Below, piece by piece: positions 26,402 through 40,851 of a DNA stretch of 64,000 bases; position 1 is the stretch's first letter; every line of letters begins with the position of its first letter. The notes beneath the pieces were generated by a model, which was given only the letters and a program-made list of their open reading frames with translations, was not told the DNA's origin and searched no databases. Where the stretch lies: NCBI RefSeq assembly GCF_006345805.1, contig NC_042998.1, positions 64,728,001 through 64,792,000 on the forward strand, written 5' to 3'. This DNA is from Octopus sinensis (Eukaryota). The translations under genes were made by a program, and so were the position numbers.

Positions 26402-26410
26402 CAATAATGA
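26206..26410. repeat. (TTA)5 followed by long (AAT)n
   Basis: Directly visible; the triplet switches strand at about 26221. Confidence 0.95.
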
Positions 26411-26445
26411 TGATATATATGTTTGTGTGTATAAATATATATATA

Positions 26446-27260
26446 TATTAGTTTGGTAATTGGCAACTAAGTTCCCGCCAATTTTCTTAAATTTTGGAAT
26501 CTATTGTTTGCGGGAATTCTATTTTTGAATCATTCTGAAATTTTTTTTTTTATTCTTAGTTAATTTTAATTATTTTCAGATCATTGAAATGGAATGTTAA
26601 GTTTTCGACACGTCATTCTATTCTATTTTAATCAAGGTTCTAAGGTTGCAAAAGCTGCTCGCGACATTTGTGATGTGTATGCAAAGGGTGCCATAGCTGA
26701 AAGAACCACTCCTGATAGGTATGCCAAGTTTGAAAATGGAAATTGTGACCTGAAAGACGCATCACCTTCTGGCCGTCCATTTCAGTTCCATGAAAAGCGA
26801 TGAAACCAAATTTTGCACGAAAATTCTCGTCAAACGACAAGGGAACTGGCAGAGAAAATGGTATGCTCCCATACTGCTATACAGAAGCATCTTCACTCGA
26901 TGGGAAAGGTTCAAAATTACGGAGCATGGATTCCGCATGTTTTAAGTGACAACAAATTTAACGAGCCACAATCTCCGCTGGTGTGCTTGCTCGTCAACAT
27001 TCAATTCATGGACACAAACAACGATTTCTTTACCGAATCGCTACTGGCGACGAAAGATGGTGCTGTACATCAAATAGACAAAGAACATGCGGTCTCACTC
27101 CAGTTTAGAAGCTTAAGGAATGGCTTAGTCCCGGTAAACAAGCGACACAGCGCCTGAAAAAAGATCTTCATCTGCATAAAATGATGTTGTGCGTATGGTA
27201 GGACTGGGAAGGGATTATCCATTACGAATTGCTTGAACGGAACAAAACGATCAACGAATT
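26446..27260 (+). mobile_element. mariner transposon, left TIR plus degenerate, 3'-truncated transposase
   Basis: FRHVILFYFNQGSKVAKAARDICDVY...DASPSGRP, TTRELAEKM, GAWIPHVLS (WVPHEL-like), TGDERWC, KMMLCVW*DWEGIIHYELL. Confidence 0.9.
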
Positions 27261-28849
27261 TGTTGACAGTAGTTGATAGGAGAAAGCGTATGTTGCTTTG
27301 TCTAAAGTTCGACAGAAATCATAATTGTTTATAAGAATTTTAGAGGAATAACCATCCTTTTTAATTCATCGCCAATCTTGTACGTGTGTTTTGCAAGAAT
27401 GGTTGCTATTTTTAGAAATAGTGAGGGGGGTTGGTTGGGAGCAGTCACATGATCTGATTTCCAATAGTTTGTTGAGTCAAAAGGATTTTTTTGTTTCTGG
27501 GCTAGTATGTCACGGTTCAGTGCTTTTTCGACTGGTCTTAGTGTTCAAGGTGGTGTGTGTGTGTATGTGTATTTCTATGTGCGTGTTTATGTGTGTGAGT
27601 GGGTGTGCGCACGACTTTATGTATGTGTGTATATATATGCTTGTGTATGTTTTCGGCCACCACACACATACACAAGTATATATATAAATAAACATTGGTG
27701 TAGATGTGCACGTGGTTTGGAGAGAACAGGACACATGACTCCAGTTATTCATTAAGGGGGCATGTGAACTCTTAGAAACTGTGTAATATCTACGGAGATA
27801 GACAGAAAACATAGTACGACGAATAGATATCATAGATAAAACACAAAATGGAGTAGATCATAATCATATACAACAAAGAAGAGTTATGAGGAAGAGGTGA
27901 TATAATATCTCACAAAATATCAGCGTGAATCGAAAGGTAGCAATACAACAATAGGAATATTCCGAGAAGAGATACTGTACGAGAGAGAGGAAGTAGGAAG
28001 GAAAGGAAGAAGTTTGTATGTGATATCAAAATGTGGGTGATATCGATGAAAAAAATACATATTTCGATCTGATTCTGATTAAGCAAGCGACAAAGGCAGA
28101 GAACTATTTATGAGCAGACATAAGAAGTCATTCTCTGAAAAATGTGTTGGAAGAATTGAATGAGAATAAGGAAATGAAGACTACGAAAGCGTAGAAGGAA
28201 GGGAAGAAATGTAAAGGTATTAAATATGAACAGGATACTATTAGTCATAGACGCGTAGAATATAATAAATGTAAGAAGACTTATATACAAATAACTTAGT
28301 ATATATAGGATATCAGAATGAAACGACGATTTCGATCCTTTTCAATTAGTGACAAGATAAGCGGTGAAAGATTACACGAAAAAGTCTCGGAGGAAATGAC
28401 ATACATATATATATATATATATAGTAACAGAAAGGGGTGAATTTCGATTATCACTACGTGGTGAGGTGTAATATATGTATCAGAAGTTAAAGAAGGAAAA
28501 TGCACACAATTTACACAATTTTTATATAATTTTCAATATATATTGTATTGTGTTTGTCGAGCGGTTTCACCTTCGCTATTGATGCCATTAAATTTATTTA
28601 AATTCGTATTATCTAAAAATGAAGTGTTTTTGTCGGTTATGAAAGATTCAACAAGTAGAAAATATAAGCGGAAGTAATTGGTTATCGTTATTATTGTGGA
28701 CAGGGGACACAATTGTTCATCTTTCGGTAGGTTTGGGGAACATATATATATACATAAAAATTCAAACGCTAAAAGGTGTGGCGAGAAATATGTACATTGG
28801 TGGGTATATTATCGTGAAGTTAAATATGTACAGAGATCAAAGTTGGTTA

Positions 28850-30225
28850 CATGTGCATATTTATACGTGTTCTGTATTTGTCGATGAATGGAATTTCTTT
28901 ATGTAACCGTTATTGTAAAGAGATTGTATCTTTGCACAGGTAGGAGGGGAAAACTGTAAAATTTGATTTGATGTTACCTGTACATCTCTCTATGTGTTCA
29001 CTTAAAGGAATTTGTCTGTATTGCGAGAACCGGATCTCCTCTTTACATAGAGTGGTTCTCCGTCTCCTCATTATCGTCTGTGCTATACAGTGATGTCCAC
29101 AACCAGAGCAGGTTATAACATAACTTAGGTTATCAGAGGCACAAGGGAAGGTTCGTTTCAATTGTGAACCTCTCTCTGTGTTTGGAAAGGAAATCCAAAC
29201 CTTTAAGCAGGTTGGAGCATGTTCCACAGTTTGGGTGTCCACATATTTAACCGTTGGTTTCGTGTTTGTTGTGTAAATCCTAGCATTTGTTAGAACTCTC
29301 TTTAGCGATTTGTGTTGCTTTTTCCATTTGTTGAGTTTATGCGATTTCAGTTTGTTCCTATTTCGGTATCAAGTTTGTAAAGGAAGATTTTGCACAATAA
29401 TGTTGTATGCCTCATTGTTTCTAGGGTTGTGGGTTGATACATAAGTAGTGATTTGAGATTAAGTGTGGTGTTATATTTTGTTGTCCTTAGTGTATTTCTG
29501 TTTCATTTCTTGGCACGCTGAATTCCATCGTCTATAAGTGAGGGTGGATGTTGTATTTCAGTTAGTGTTGTTTTGAGGTCTTGAAGACGAAGCTCCCGAA
29601 TAGTTCTAGCTGACACTTTTGTGCAAATGCTTGTTGCCAAATTCAAGGGGATAATATTTTTTCTGTGTATCTTACGGCATGAGCTAAAAATGAAATATTG
29701 TTTCGAGTCCGTTGGTATATAATAGATGTCAGTTATAATTTGGCTGTTTACTTATATTCATAATATTTAAAAATGGGAGCTGTACTTTGCTATAATTCAT
29801 TGTGAATTGAATGTTACTCTTTATATCTTTTAGTGTTGTTTTGAATTCCAAACGTTTGTCAATGATAATCATTTCGAAATGATAAAACGGCCAACCAGGT
29901 ATCTTTTCCAGTTTTCTCTTATGTAATGGTGAAATGGATAACCATATTTTTGCAGTGACACTTCATATATGGTGAATTCAAAATAACCCATTATCAGGTT
30001 CACAAGGACAGGAGCTGCTTTCGTTCCCATCGCAATTCCGCATTTTTGACGAGTGTAGATGTCATCAAAAAGGAAATAATTGTTCTGAAGTATAAATTTT
30101 AAAGATTCAATAATGAAGACCTGATTTATGCGTTCCGAGAGTACTTCGGGCTTATTCCATAGTAATGTGGGATGTTAATGTAAAGAATGATAACATCGCA
30201 GCAAACCAATAATGCCTCCTCATTA
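28850..30225 (-). mobile_element. Penelope-like retroelement, degenerate RT + GIY-YIG
   Basis: LVCCDVIILYINIPH, ILQNNYFLFDDIYTRQKCGIAMGTKAAPVLVNLIMGYFE, WKRYL; ORF 28910..29242 FPCASDNLSYVITCSGCG...IRFSQYRQIPLSEHIERC. Confidence 0.9.
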
Positions 30226-30264
30226 ATTGTATTGTGGTAGGTGCTCCAGCATGTCTAAACCGTC

Positions 30265-30910
30265 TCTATTCTTAATAATCCTTTGAAAACTCTAAACTTT
30301 AACTGTATACAATATAGCAACATTGTTTAAAATATCTAACTATAATACCACTTGATAAGACTTCCCTGTTTCATTATCAATGATCTGCTCGTGGGCGACC
30401 CACTTAATTATCAGCTAACATCTTGTTTTAAATTTTCCTTAACCATACCACATAATATTGCTTCTAATAAATTTTGATTTTTATGACAATACCAACTGTC
30501 TGCTCCCTAAGCCCTACCCCTAACAGATACTGCCCTCTGTTCTCTCAGCCTTAGATATGCAAAGGATTTGATAAACTAGTCCATAAATTAAAACCGACCC
30601 CATACAGACAAAAAATCCGTGACAGGCAGAGTCTGTAACAATGTATATATTCTTGGAAAATTAAGTAACTTCTAAAATGTAGTGTGATAGCATGTTTTTG
30701 TCTATCTCGTTAAATTCTTGGAGATTATAGATATAATTATACTAATGTGTCCATCTGTTCTAATTTAATTAAATTCTATGTCTTTGTGCATCTGAAGATT
30801 GCTCTGCATTTTAAAGTAATGTAATGTTTCCAGTGTTCAATTAGATGGAGTTGCAAGAAACGATCGTACTGCATTACCTCTGGATATCCTTGTTCCTTAT
30901 TTTGATTGTA
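30265..30910 (+). repeat. Interspersed repeat ending in a hammerhead; homologue inverted at 39893-40530
   Basis: Colinear blocks such as CAGATACTGCCCTCTGTTCTCTCAGCCTTAG, GATTTGATAAACTAGTC and GCAAGAAACGATCGTACTGCA match the reverse complement of 39.9-40.5 kb. Confidence 0.85.
30787..30873 (+). ncRNA. Type I hammerhead ribozyme, canonical core, long helix II
   Basis: TGCAT-CTGAAGA-TTGC...GCAA-GAAA-CGATCG-TA-CTGCA. Confidence 0.7.
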
Positions 30911-31120
30911 ATCTCCTAACTTTGAAATTGTATGGATAATACTAAATTCACGGTTCCACAACTCAAGTACTATATTCATCAGAATCAAAATTTTTGCTAT
31001 ATATACATACACACACATATGATATATATATATATATATACATTTATATATTCATATATATATATATATACTTTTATATAATATATATATACATATATAT
31101 ACATTTATATAATATATATA

Positions 31121-31542
31121 CTCTTTTACTTGTTTAGTCCTTTGACTGTGACGATACGGGAGCACCGCCTTTAGTCGCTCCAATAGACCCCACGACTTAT
31201 TCTTTGTAAGCCTAGTACTTATTCTATCCGTCTCTTTTGCAGAATCGCTAATTTACGGCGACGTAAACACACCAGCATCGGTTGTCAAGTGATGCTGGAG
31301 GTAAAACACGGACCCACCAATACGCACGCACACACGCACACACACTCACACACACACACACACACACATATATACATACGGCGGGCTTCTTTCAGTTTCC
31401 GTCTACCAAATCCACTCACAATGCTTTGGTCGGCCCGAAGGTAATAGTAGAATACACTTGCCCAATGTGCCACGCAGTGGGACTGAACTCGGATCCATGT
31501 AGTTCGTAAGCAAGCTACTTACCACACAGCTACTCGTACGCC
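31121..31542 (-). mobile_element. SINE family A, full length
   Basis: Reverse complement of the head and tail seen at 38.0 and 43.1 kb. Confidence 0.85.
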
Positions 31543-32591
31543 TAAATATAAATATGTATTTATATATCATATACAAAAATATGGAAAATGTCCACGTAAG
31601 GGAAATGGTTTTGAAAATCCGGATATCAAATGGTGTTATCAAATATATTGAAATAATATTCCGCAATAAATACATATCAACTGTAGAATAATATGTGAAG
31701 TTATGGAGAAAAAATAAAGTGGATACTTGGTTAATTTTATTTGTATTGCAATCAAAAAATAAACACGATAAATACATATAAGATTTAGGATGGAACCGAA
31801 TCAACAAAAGAAAAAGGCATAAAAGAATCCTAAATATGTTTCAAACTAGCCATTCGGTTTCAATCATCACCATTCAAGCGATGTTAAATGTGAAATAAAC
31901 CCACGCCATGTCCTGATCTCATCAGGAAGTGATATTTACTTTCCAGTGGCGAACAACAAAATTTCTAAGGCGAGGACCGTGTTTTGAAATATTCAAATAA
32001 CGTTAGCAATAATTTATCAAAACGTCGAGTTCCTGTGGAGAGATATTATCTAATGAGAGCATGCTAAAATACTAAAATGTATTTGAAAAATAGGCACACA
32101 TGTGTTGAGTGATATAAAGTAGTTGTCGAATTATGATATGAGCTGTGATGGGCTGTTATGGGTTTTGAAGATAAATTGAGAAATGAAATAGAGTTTTGAA
32201 GCGGCGGGGGGACATAAATTATTTGGGAAATAACGGAGAAAGATAATTCTATATCAAGTATTAAAATAACCATTAATTGTTTAACATTTTGGTGTGCTAA
32301 CGTATGCATTCCGTTATTCAGAGAAAAGTTAGTATTTAAATACTTCGGAGATGACATTAAATATTTATTTTTAAAAAATATGTAAGGTATAGAGAGAAAA
32401 ATAGATTTGATGAGGAGGGAAAATAACGAAAGGTGACAAATAGAAGAAAAGTAGGGGAAAATACTGTCATAATAACTGCTATTACTTAGCATTTCAATGC
32501 ATTAAGATATACGTTCCTTTGTTCAAAGAATAAATGTTAGAAACAGAAACACAGCCGACAGTGATATATATATATATATATATATATATAA

Positions 32592-32682
<91 letters not shown>

Positions 32683-32697
32683 ATATAATATATATAT

Positions 32698-32811
<114 letters not shown>

Positions 32812-33192
32812 GTCGCTGTCAGAGTTCTGCTTCTGTTTCTAATCCTGCATGGCTTTGCTCTGATCGTTGTCCAGACATTCGTCTCCGTGCGGCCTCAGGC
32901 TCTATTCCGTCTTATTATTTCGTCTTTGTCCTCTTCACCGTTCACTAATAGTCCCATATGTTCGTATACCCAATTCTGTGTTCCATGTTTATCCATTTAT
33001 TGTTTAGGATCCAATTCCCAATAGCTACTTTTATTACTGTGGGTGCCACCATAAGAGAGAATTAATATTATCGTGAAACGCGTGAAATTGCGTTTGAACG
33101 GCCGCCGATAACTGATTACAAGTTGGTGACATAATGTGTCTGTTTCTTGCTTCTCTGTGCATTTATTATGTTCTTTCTTTTACCGTATATAT

Positions 33193-33456
33193 ACACTGAT
33201 ATGGCAGAAGAAAACAGAGATCCCATAAAACATTGATCTATGTTAATTCTAAATTGTAAAAGTTTATATTCTTTTATTAATTGACATTTATATTTTTCAG
33301 GTTCTATATGTGACTGTCTAATCATGCCATGTACAAAAGAAGCCTTGGAAATATCTGAATTTCAAAGAGTCTCTATTGTGGGTATTCGGAAGTTGAACAT
33401 AGCAGAAAAGCATGGGATCCCATTTCTATAGTTAATAGAGTAATAGTATGATTCGC

Positions 33457-33494
<38 letters not shown>

Positions 33495-34421
33495 GGAGTC
33501 CGCATCAGGCCCCACGCCCCACAAATAAACAAAGGCCCTGTGACTGGACGCTTCTTTTTGATAAGAGAAGTGGACATAGCAGAACAAGTCAATGTCTGTC
33601 CCAGAACAGCTGTCAATTATCTCCACAAAGTTGGTTACTATGAGAGAGCAGCAAGAAAGAAGCCACTTCTTTGACCAGCCAACATCAAGCGGAGGAAAGA
33701 ATGGGCTAGTGAGATGGTGGAGGGGCCATAAGCATTTTGGGCCACTCTCATATTCTCTGTTGAGCCCAGATTTGCAGTATTTTTTGACAGTGATCATGCG
33801 TTAATCTGGAGACTGTGTTCAAGAATTTGGTCTGAGAAGATTGAAGCTAACAATGAAGAACGGCACAATGCAACACAGTAGATTTTCTGTGAGGATCTAG
33901 GGAGCAATTTGGGGCAATGGTTGATCAGAGGCAGAGGAGTGTTAGGGAAACATAAACTCAGATAAATGTTTGTCCATACTGCAGAAAGGACTCCTTCCAA
34001 TCTTCTCCACTGGTGAAATGATTAAAGAATACTTTCTATTTATGGAATATGGGACTACTTATCACACTGCTAAAATGACCCAAGATTTGTTCGAGGTGAA
34101 TGGCATTGAAAAGCAAGTCACCAGATATGAAACCTAATTGAAGACCTCTGCGACATAATGGACAGGATAATTCATAAAAAGAACAAGAAAGCATTTTCAA
34201 AGCCAGATCTTTTGAGATTAGAGCATGAAACTTGGCAAGAAATTCCGCAAGTAAATATTCGCTATCTCATCAGTAACATGGCTAATGGGGTCCTTGCATC
34301 GAAAAATACAAAGTGTTTGTCTAAATATTCATATTTTAGCAATTGATAGATAATTTGAATTTATAATTTAAGATTGAAATACATTCAATGATTATAGTAG
34401 GTGTGTTTATTTACTCCTGCC

Positions 34422-34426
<5 letters not shown>
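33193..34426 (+). mobile_element. Tc1-like transposon, degenerate, with weak TIR remnants
   Basis: MPCTKEALEISEFQRVSIVG, LHKVGYYERAARKKPLL*PANIKRRKEWA, LQKGLLPIF, HTAKMTQDLF, SPDM, ETWQEIPQVNIRYLI. Ends TA-CACTGATATGGCAGAAG and CTCCTGCCATG-TA. Confidence 0.8.
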
Positions 34427-34488
<62 letters not shown>

Positions 34489-34714
34489 ATATATACATTT
34501 ATATATACCCGAGGAATCACATACATGTGAAACAATGTGGAAAAAAACAGTACTTGCATATCGGAGGTAAAGTAATATGCCTTATTATTAAAACTGCTGA
34601 AACATATCACAAAAACTGCTCGAGTGTCAGGCTACTGTGCATCGGGCATTTGTGATCCAGAAAGCAGTCCCTGTGATAATCTTTGATGCGTTTACAGGTT
34701 AATAATGCAGTATA

Positions 34715-34797
<83 letters not shown>

Positions 34798-35024
34798 TAT
34801 GTATATGTATGTGTGTGTGTGTTTTTATGTGTGTGTGTGTCTGTGCATGTGTATGTGTGAGCATAAGCATTTGCATGACAAATGTACATGTATGCCTACA
34901 CAGAGAGGATGAATTTCGGTTGTGTTTCTGTACATATATTTACCACATGCGTAGATATATATGTTATATATTTGGTGTCCATAATATATATGCGTATATG
35001 CGTGTGTGCGTCTCTGAGTGTCTG

Positions 35025-35125
<101 letters not shown>

Positions 35126-36129
35126 TATGCATACATATACATTCTCTATAGACCTATTTTACCAAAGAGACTACATGAGATACATAAGCACGTTGTCTAC
35201 ACTAAACATTTTCTTTCCTTTTATTCTGTTCAAATCACATGCAGCGTATACATCCATCATTCTTTACTTTACTTCTGTGTCCATAAAACTGAAACTATAT
35301 TCGTAAACAGAATCTAGATTATAATTGAGTATCAAAACTACGTTAAGAAATGAAAATCTAAAGTACACACTTACAAAGGCTTCCGTAACACCGGAGTAAG
35401 TATGTATATATATATAAACATACACATGTAAACACTCACACATATATAGTCACAGGTGTGGCTGCATCATAAGAACCTTCCTTCCAGTCTCTGTCCCACT
35501 ACGGGGTACATTGGGCCGATCAAATTCGTGTAAGTGAATTTTGTTGACTGAAACTGAAATATATATATATGTATATATATATATTTCAGTTTGTCCCCCA
35601 CCACCGCTTGATATTTGGCATAGGAATTTTTCTTTTGCACTCATTTATAAAGTTCTTCATACACATATCTATATGCTTATTGAAGTTAAAATTTTGAGAA
35701 CATGGTTTTGCTGCATATTCGGAATCTAAAACGTATGGATCCGAAAATGTTTTTGAAAAACAAGCATTTTTGAAGGAAACGTGCGACAATGAATTAACCC
35801 CGAAATGTTTTATATCTTTAACATGCGTGCATCATATGTTAATGTTGAAAATATATTTCTAAATTAATTTCAATCATTAGTTTCGGTTTGTCATCTGGAC
35901 ACGGTTCATCTTTATATCTTTTGAACATTATATACTTCTATACAACTATACACATACGTTAATACCACGAAGCACATATACACGAAGATTTACACACTGA
36001 CAAGCACATACACACGTATACACAAACAGGCACACACATACACATACACACGCATAAATAGATGCATACATAAATCGATACAAAGATACATATTTAGATA
36101 TCTAGAGATGTAAATAGGTAGATAGATGG

Positions 36130-36190
<61 letters not shown>

Positions 36191-36198
36191 GAAACAGT

Positions 36199-36400
<202 letters not shown>

Positions 36401-37551
36401 GATAGATTAATAGATAATTGGATTGAAACACTTATCTATTTATAGGAAATATGTTATATTCTGATCTTTTTTTTTTTATCGGAAACCATTCACATGAGTG
36501 AATACAATACATTTTCGTGCTATTTTAGTATCTTAACATTGTAGAGATTTCTCATATTTATAAATGAATCTAGGATTATGTTCTAAGCACAATACGGAGA
36601 CATTCCACTAATACTATATTTAACGTCGTAGAATGAAGGTTATTGCTTGTAGCTGGAACAATAAATTACATTAATGTGCCATTGAGATCCATGGAAATGA
36701 AAGACTTATGTAAAATAAGGCTACTTCAATTTTGTTACCGAAATATCAGTTAAATTATATGTCGCTTTTTATGCAATCCAGAACTTATAGCTGCTACTTT
36801 ATTTAATATACTCAAAAGGTGTGTGAAGCACTTTACTCCAGACTAATACTCAGTATTCCTATTAGGTTTCGTAATTTATATAAATGTATAAACAGACACA
36901 AGCACGTACACACGCAAACACACACAAACACACACACACACACACACACAAACGAACACATATACACACATCCGTATGTAGATTAGAATTTAGGATAGTT
37001 CTTGTATGCTTACAATAATAGAACTCGTTGAAGGCTGCAATTCATGTAAATATAAACCATATACTCCCTTATTTAAAACATATGCTCAGGCAACTAATTC
37101 CATTTATGGTACCCCATCTTAGGTCAGGAAATAACCAGATAGATGGCAAAAATTTGGGATGATTGTGAAAGGATTCACATGTTGCTCGGAATAGTGAATC
37201 TCTCATTTGCAAAATACCTATCTTACGAAATTAGGCGTCTCAAAACCAGAAGGGAGGAAGCTAATTTCGAAGATAGAAGGTCCAGTCCATCACTTGAACT
37301 GTAACGACCTCTAAAACTTTTCCAGAAGTTTATAATTTAAATATATATGAGCCAGTCTAGATATGCAAATGTACATGAGAATACATACTTAAAACATACA
37401 AATCTGCACATATATACATACATACCTACAAACATACATAAATACTAGAGCATGTCTAGATAAATAACTCTATGCATGAGAATATATACATAAAACATAC
37501 AAATCTTCACAAACACACACACACACACACACACACAATACATATATATAT

Positions 37552-37614
<63 letters not shown>

Positions 37615-38051
37615 GCATATATACACACATACATACATAAATACGTACATGCATACATACACATATACATGCAAACAAACGAAAATACCCTGTTGTTGAT
37701 GTTGAAATTCCAATGAAGGAACATTGGATCTAGGTTAGAAACCGGTTCTTTTACTATTGGCAAGAAATCTTGAAATAAACTGAATAGTGACATGCATGCA
37801 TGCATACATACACATATATCTGTGTGCGCGTATCTGTATAAAGGTATAGTTATTTACATCGCACGTATATACGTGCTAAAAAGCATTCGTGAAGTAAAAT
37901 CATGTAGCAACACTAAATGGCGGTGCCCCAGCATGGCCACAGCTTGTGAGCTGAAACTAGATAAAAAAAAATAAATAAATACGCATATATGTGAGTATAT
38001 GTACATAAATGCATACACATATTTGTATGTATGCTTGTACGTATATAGAAA

Positions 38052-38238
38052 CCGGTGTGGCTGTGTGGTAAGAAGCTCGCTTCCCAAGCACATCGTTCTG
38101 GGTTCAGTCCCACTGCATGTCACCTTGGGCAAGTGTATTCTACTACAGCCTCGGGCGGACCAATGCGTTGTGTGTGGATTAGTTGAACGGAAAGTAAAAG
38201 GAGCCCGTCGTATATATATATATATATATATACATACA

Positions 38239-38288
<50 letters not shown>

Positions 38289-38483
38289 TGTGCTCCCTAT
38301 CGCTTGACAACCGATTCTGGTGTGTTTACGTCCCCGGAACGTGGTGTTTTTTTCAAAAAAGACCGATGGAGTAAGTACCAGGCTTAGCAAGAATAAGAAT
38401 CCCTGGGGTCTATTTGTCTGACTAAAGGCGGTGCAGCAGCATGGCCACAGTCCGAATAACTGAAACAATTTAAAGAATAAAAG
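38052..38483 (+). mobile_element. SINE family A, full length with internal (TA)/(TG)
   Basis: GTGGCTGTGTGGTAAGAAGCTCGCTTCCC...GGGTTCAGTCCCACTG...AAAGGCGGTGCAGCAGCATGGCC. Confidence 0.85.
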
Positions 38484-39299
38484 CTTAAAGACTATGTGAG
38501 TGTGTTTGTGTTTATGAAGGACGGGCGTGTTTGTGTGTATAAATACACACATACATACATACATACTCACACACACACACACGCACACACACATATATAT
38601 ATACACTTCATATGTATAATTGCATATATTTGTGACGCCGTCAATATCTACAATTCGGCTTTTGAATGTAAAACGTTACTCGTTTAATTGCGTTTCCTTT
38701 TTTTCCAATCAATATTGTTTCTTGGTGGTTTATCTACACATTTTCGACAATAAAATGAATGAGTCTGTTTTGATGACCAAATAAAATAGAATTTCTAGAA
38801 CATTCGATATTCAAATGACCAGTGTTCAGTTCCTGTTATACAAATCGTTTGCCTACATATGAGTCACTTAATATTGAAAAATATTACATATTTCCTGTCA
38901 AATGAATATTAGTAGTAACGTTATTTTTCAAATCGTTATTTGTTGCAAGTTCATTTTATTGAATATGACAATATACTATATTAAATTCAATGATGTGTAA
39001 CATATAATACACATTGCATCGGTATTTTGAAATATATGGCTAATATATAAATAAAAACGTTATTTCTGTGCTTGCATACAGGATGTAATAGACACGTTTT
39101 ACATATATCCCAAAATAAACACACACACGCACACACACAGAGGAATAAAAGTGTGTAAGTATACACATACTTGTATATATATATATGTATGCATACATAT
39201 ATATGCATGTATATAAATATATGTAGATAAATATATATACACACACACAAATATATATATACTATATACATATTTATTTTTACATACACACACACACAC

Positions 39300-39368
<69 letters not shown>

Positions 39369-39892
39369 GTAGCCTCACTAATACCTAGTCGTTAATTTGC
39401 AACATTTACCATCATGTATGCAGTATGACGGTATAGATTTTATGTCTGTTTTTTTCCTACATTGAAATATTCCACAATTAATATTCTCGCTTTGTGTAGT
39501 TCATTGTTGTTTTATGCTGCCATCAACTATTTATTCATGTGACTTTCTTTCGTCTTCCAATTTATAAAACCCTGCAATGGCTCCATCTTGTATATGCATG
39601 AGCCTCCAAGGAGAATTTTTTACGATGTTGTTAGTCTTTCTCGTATGTTCACTGCAGTTTTCTTGTAACAAAGTAATGCTTACATTTCAACGAAATATAT
39701 TCTACCGTTGCAAGACCTTACTTCTAAAAGTTGATAAGAAAATTATATGTCCCTTTGTACATATATATATGTGTGTGTGTGTGTGTGTATGTATGTGTGC
39801 GTGTGTGTGTGTGCGCGCGCGTGCATATGGGTGTGTGTGTGTATGTGTGTGTGTGTGCGCGCGTGCATATGTGTGTGTGTGAGTGTATATAT

Positions 39893-40530
39893 AATCAAAA
39901 TAAACAAGGATATCCAAAGTTAATGCAGTACGATCGTTTCTTGCAACTACATTTAATTGAAAAATACAATCATTACATCAATTTAAAATGCAGAGCAATC
40001 TTCAGCAGCACAAAGACATATAATTTAATTAAATTAGAACAGCTGGACACATTAGTAGAAGTTAAGGAAATAGACAAAGAACATGCGGTCTCACTCCAAT
40101 TTAGAAGCTACTGAATTTTCCAGGAAAATATACATTGTTGAAGACTCTGCCTGTCACTGATTTTGTTTTGTTTTTATGAAGTCAGTTTAAATTTATAGAC
40201 TAGTTTATCAAATCCCTTGTATACCTAAGGCTGAGAGAACAGAGGGCAGTATCTGCTAGGTGTAGGGCTAAGGGAACAGACATACATCATAGCTGGTACA
40301 GTCATAAAAATCTAGAAGTATTAAAAGAAATATCATGAGATTTGGTAAAGGAAAACTTAAAACAAGATATTAGCAGATATTAAAAGGCGTCCCCCACAAG
40401 CAGTCCATTCATAATGAAACTGGGGAACTCCTATCATGTAGCACTATAGTTAAATATTTAAAAAAATGTTGCTATATTGTATACAGTTTAAGTTTAAGGT
40501 TATTGAAAGGATTATTCAGAATAATATTAT
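39893..40530 (-). repeat. Second copy of the hammerhead-terminated repeat
   Basis: Reverse-complement homology to 30265-30910; both copies end at TTTTGATT shortly after the ribozyme. Confidence 0.85.
39924..40010 (-). ncRNA. Type I hammerhead ribozyme, canonical core, long helix II
   Basis: TGCTG-CTGAAGA-TTGC...GCAA-GAAA-CGATCG-TA-CTGCA on the minus strand. Confidence 0.7.
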
Positions 40531-40594
40531 AAGAAGAGAATAGAAATTTATGAGTATTTACCAAACGTTTACACCAATAGAATCTGAATCTATG

Positions 40595-40635
<41 letters not shown>

Positions 40636-40814
40636 TAGATATATACATACACACACACATATATATTATATATATATTATATATATTATATATATATATA
40701 CCACATATATATATATATAATATATATATATACATACACACACCAACAAATACTATATATACATACATACATGCATATATATATATATATATACCATATA
40801 AATAACACATACAC

Positions 40815-40851
<37 letters not shown>

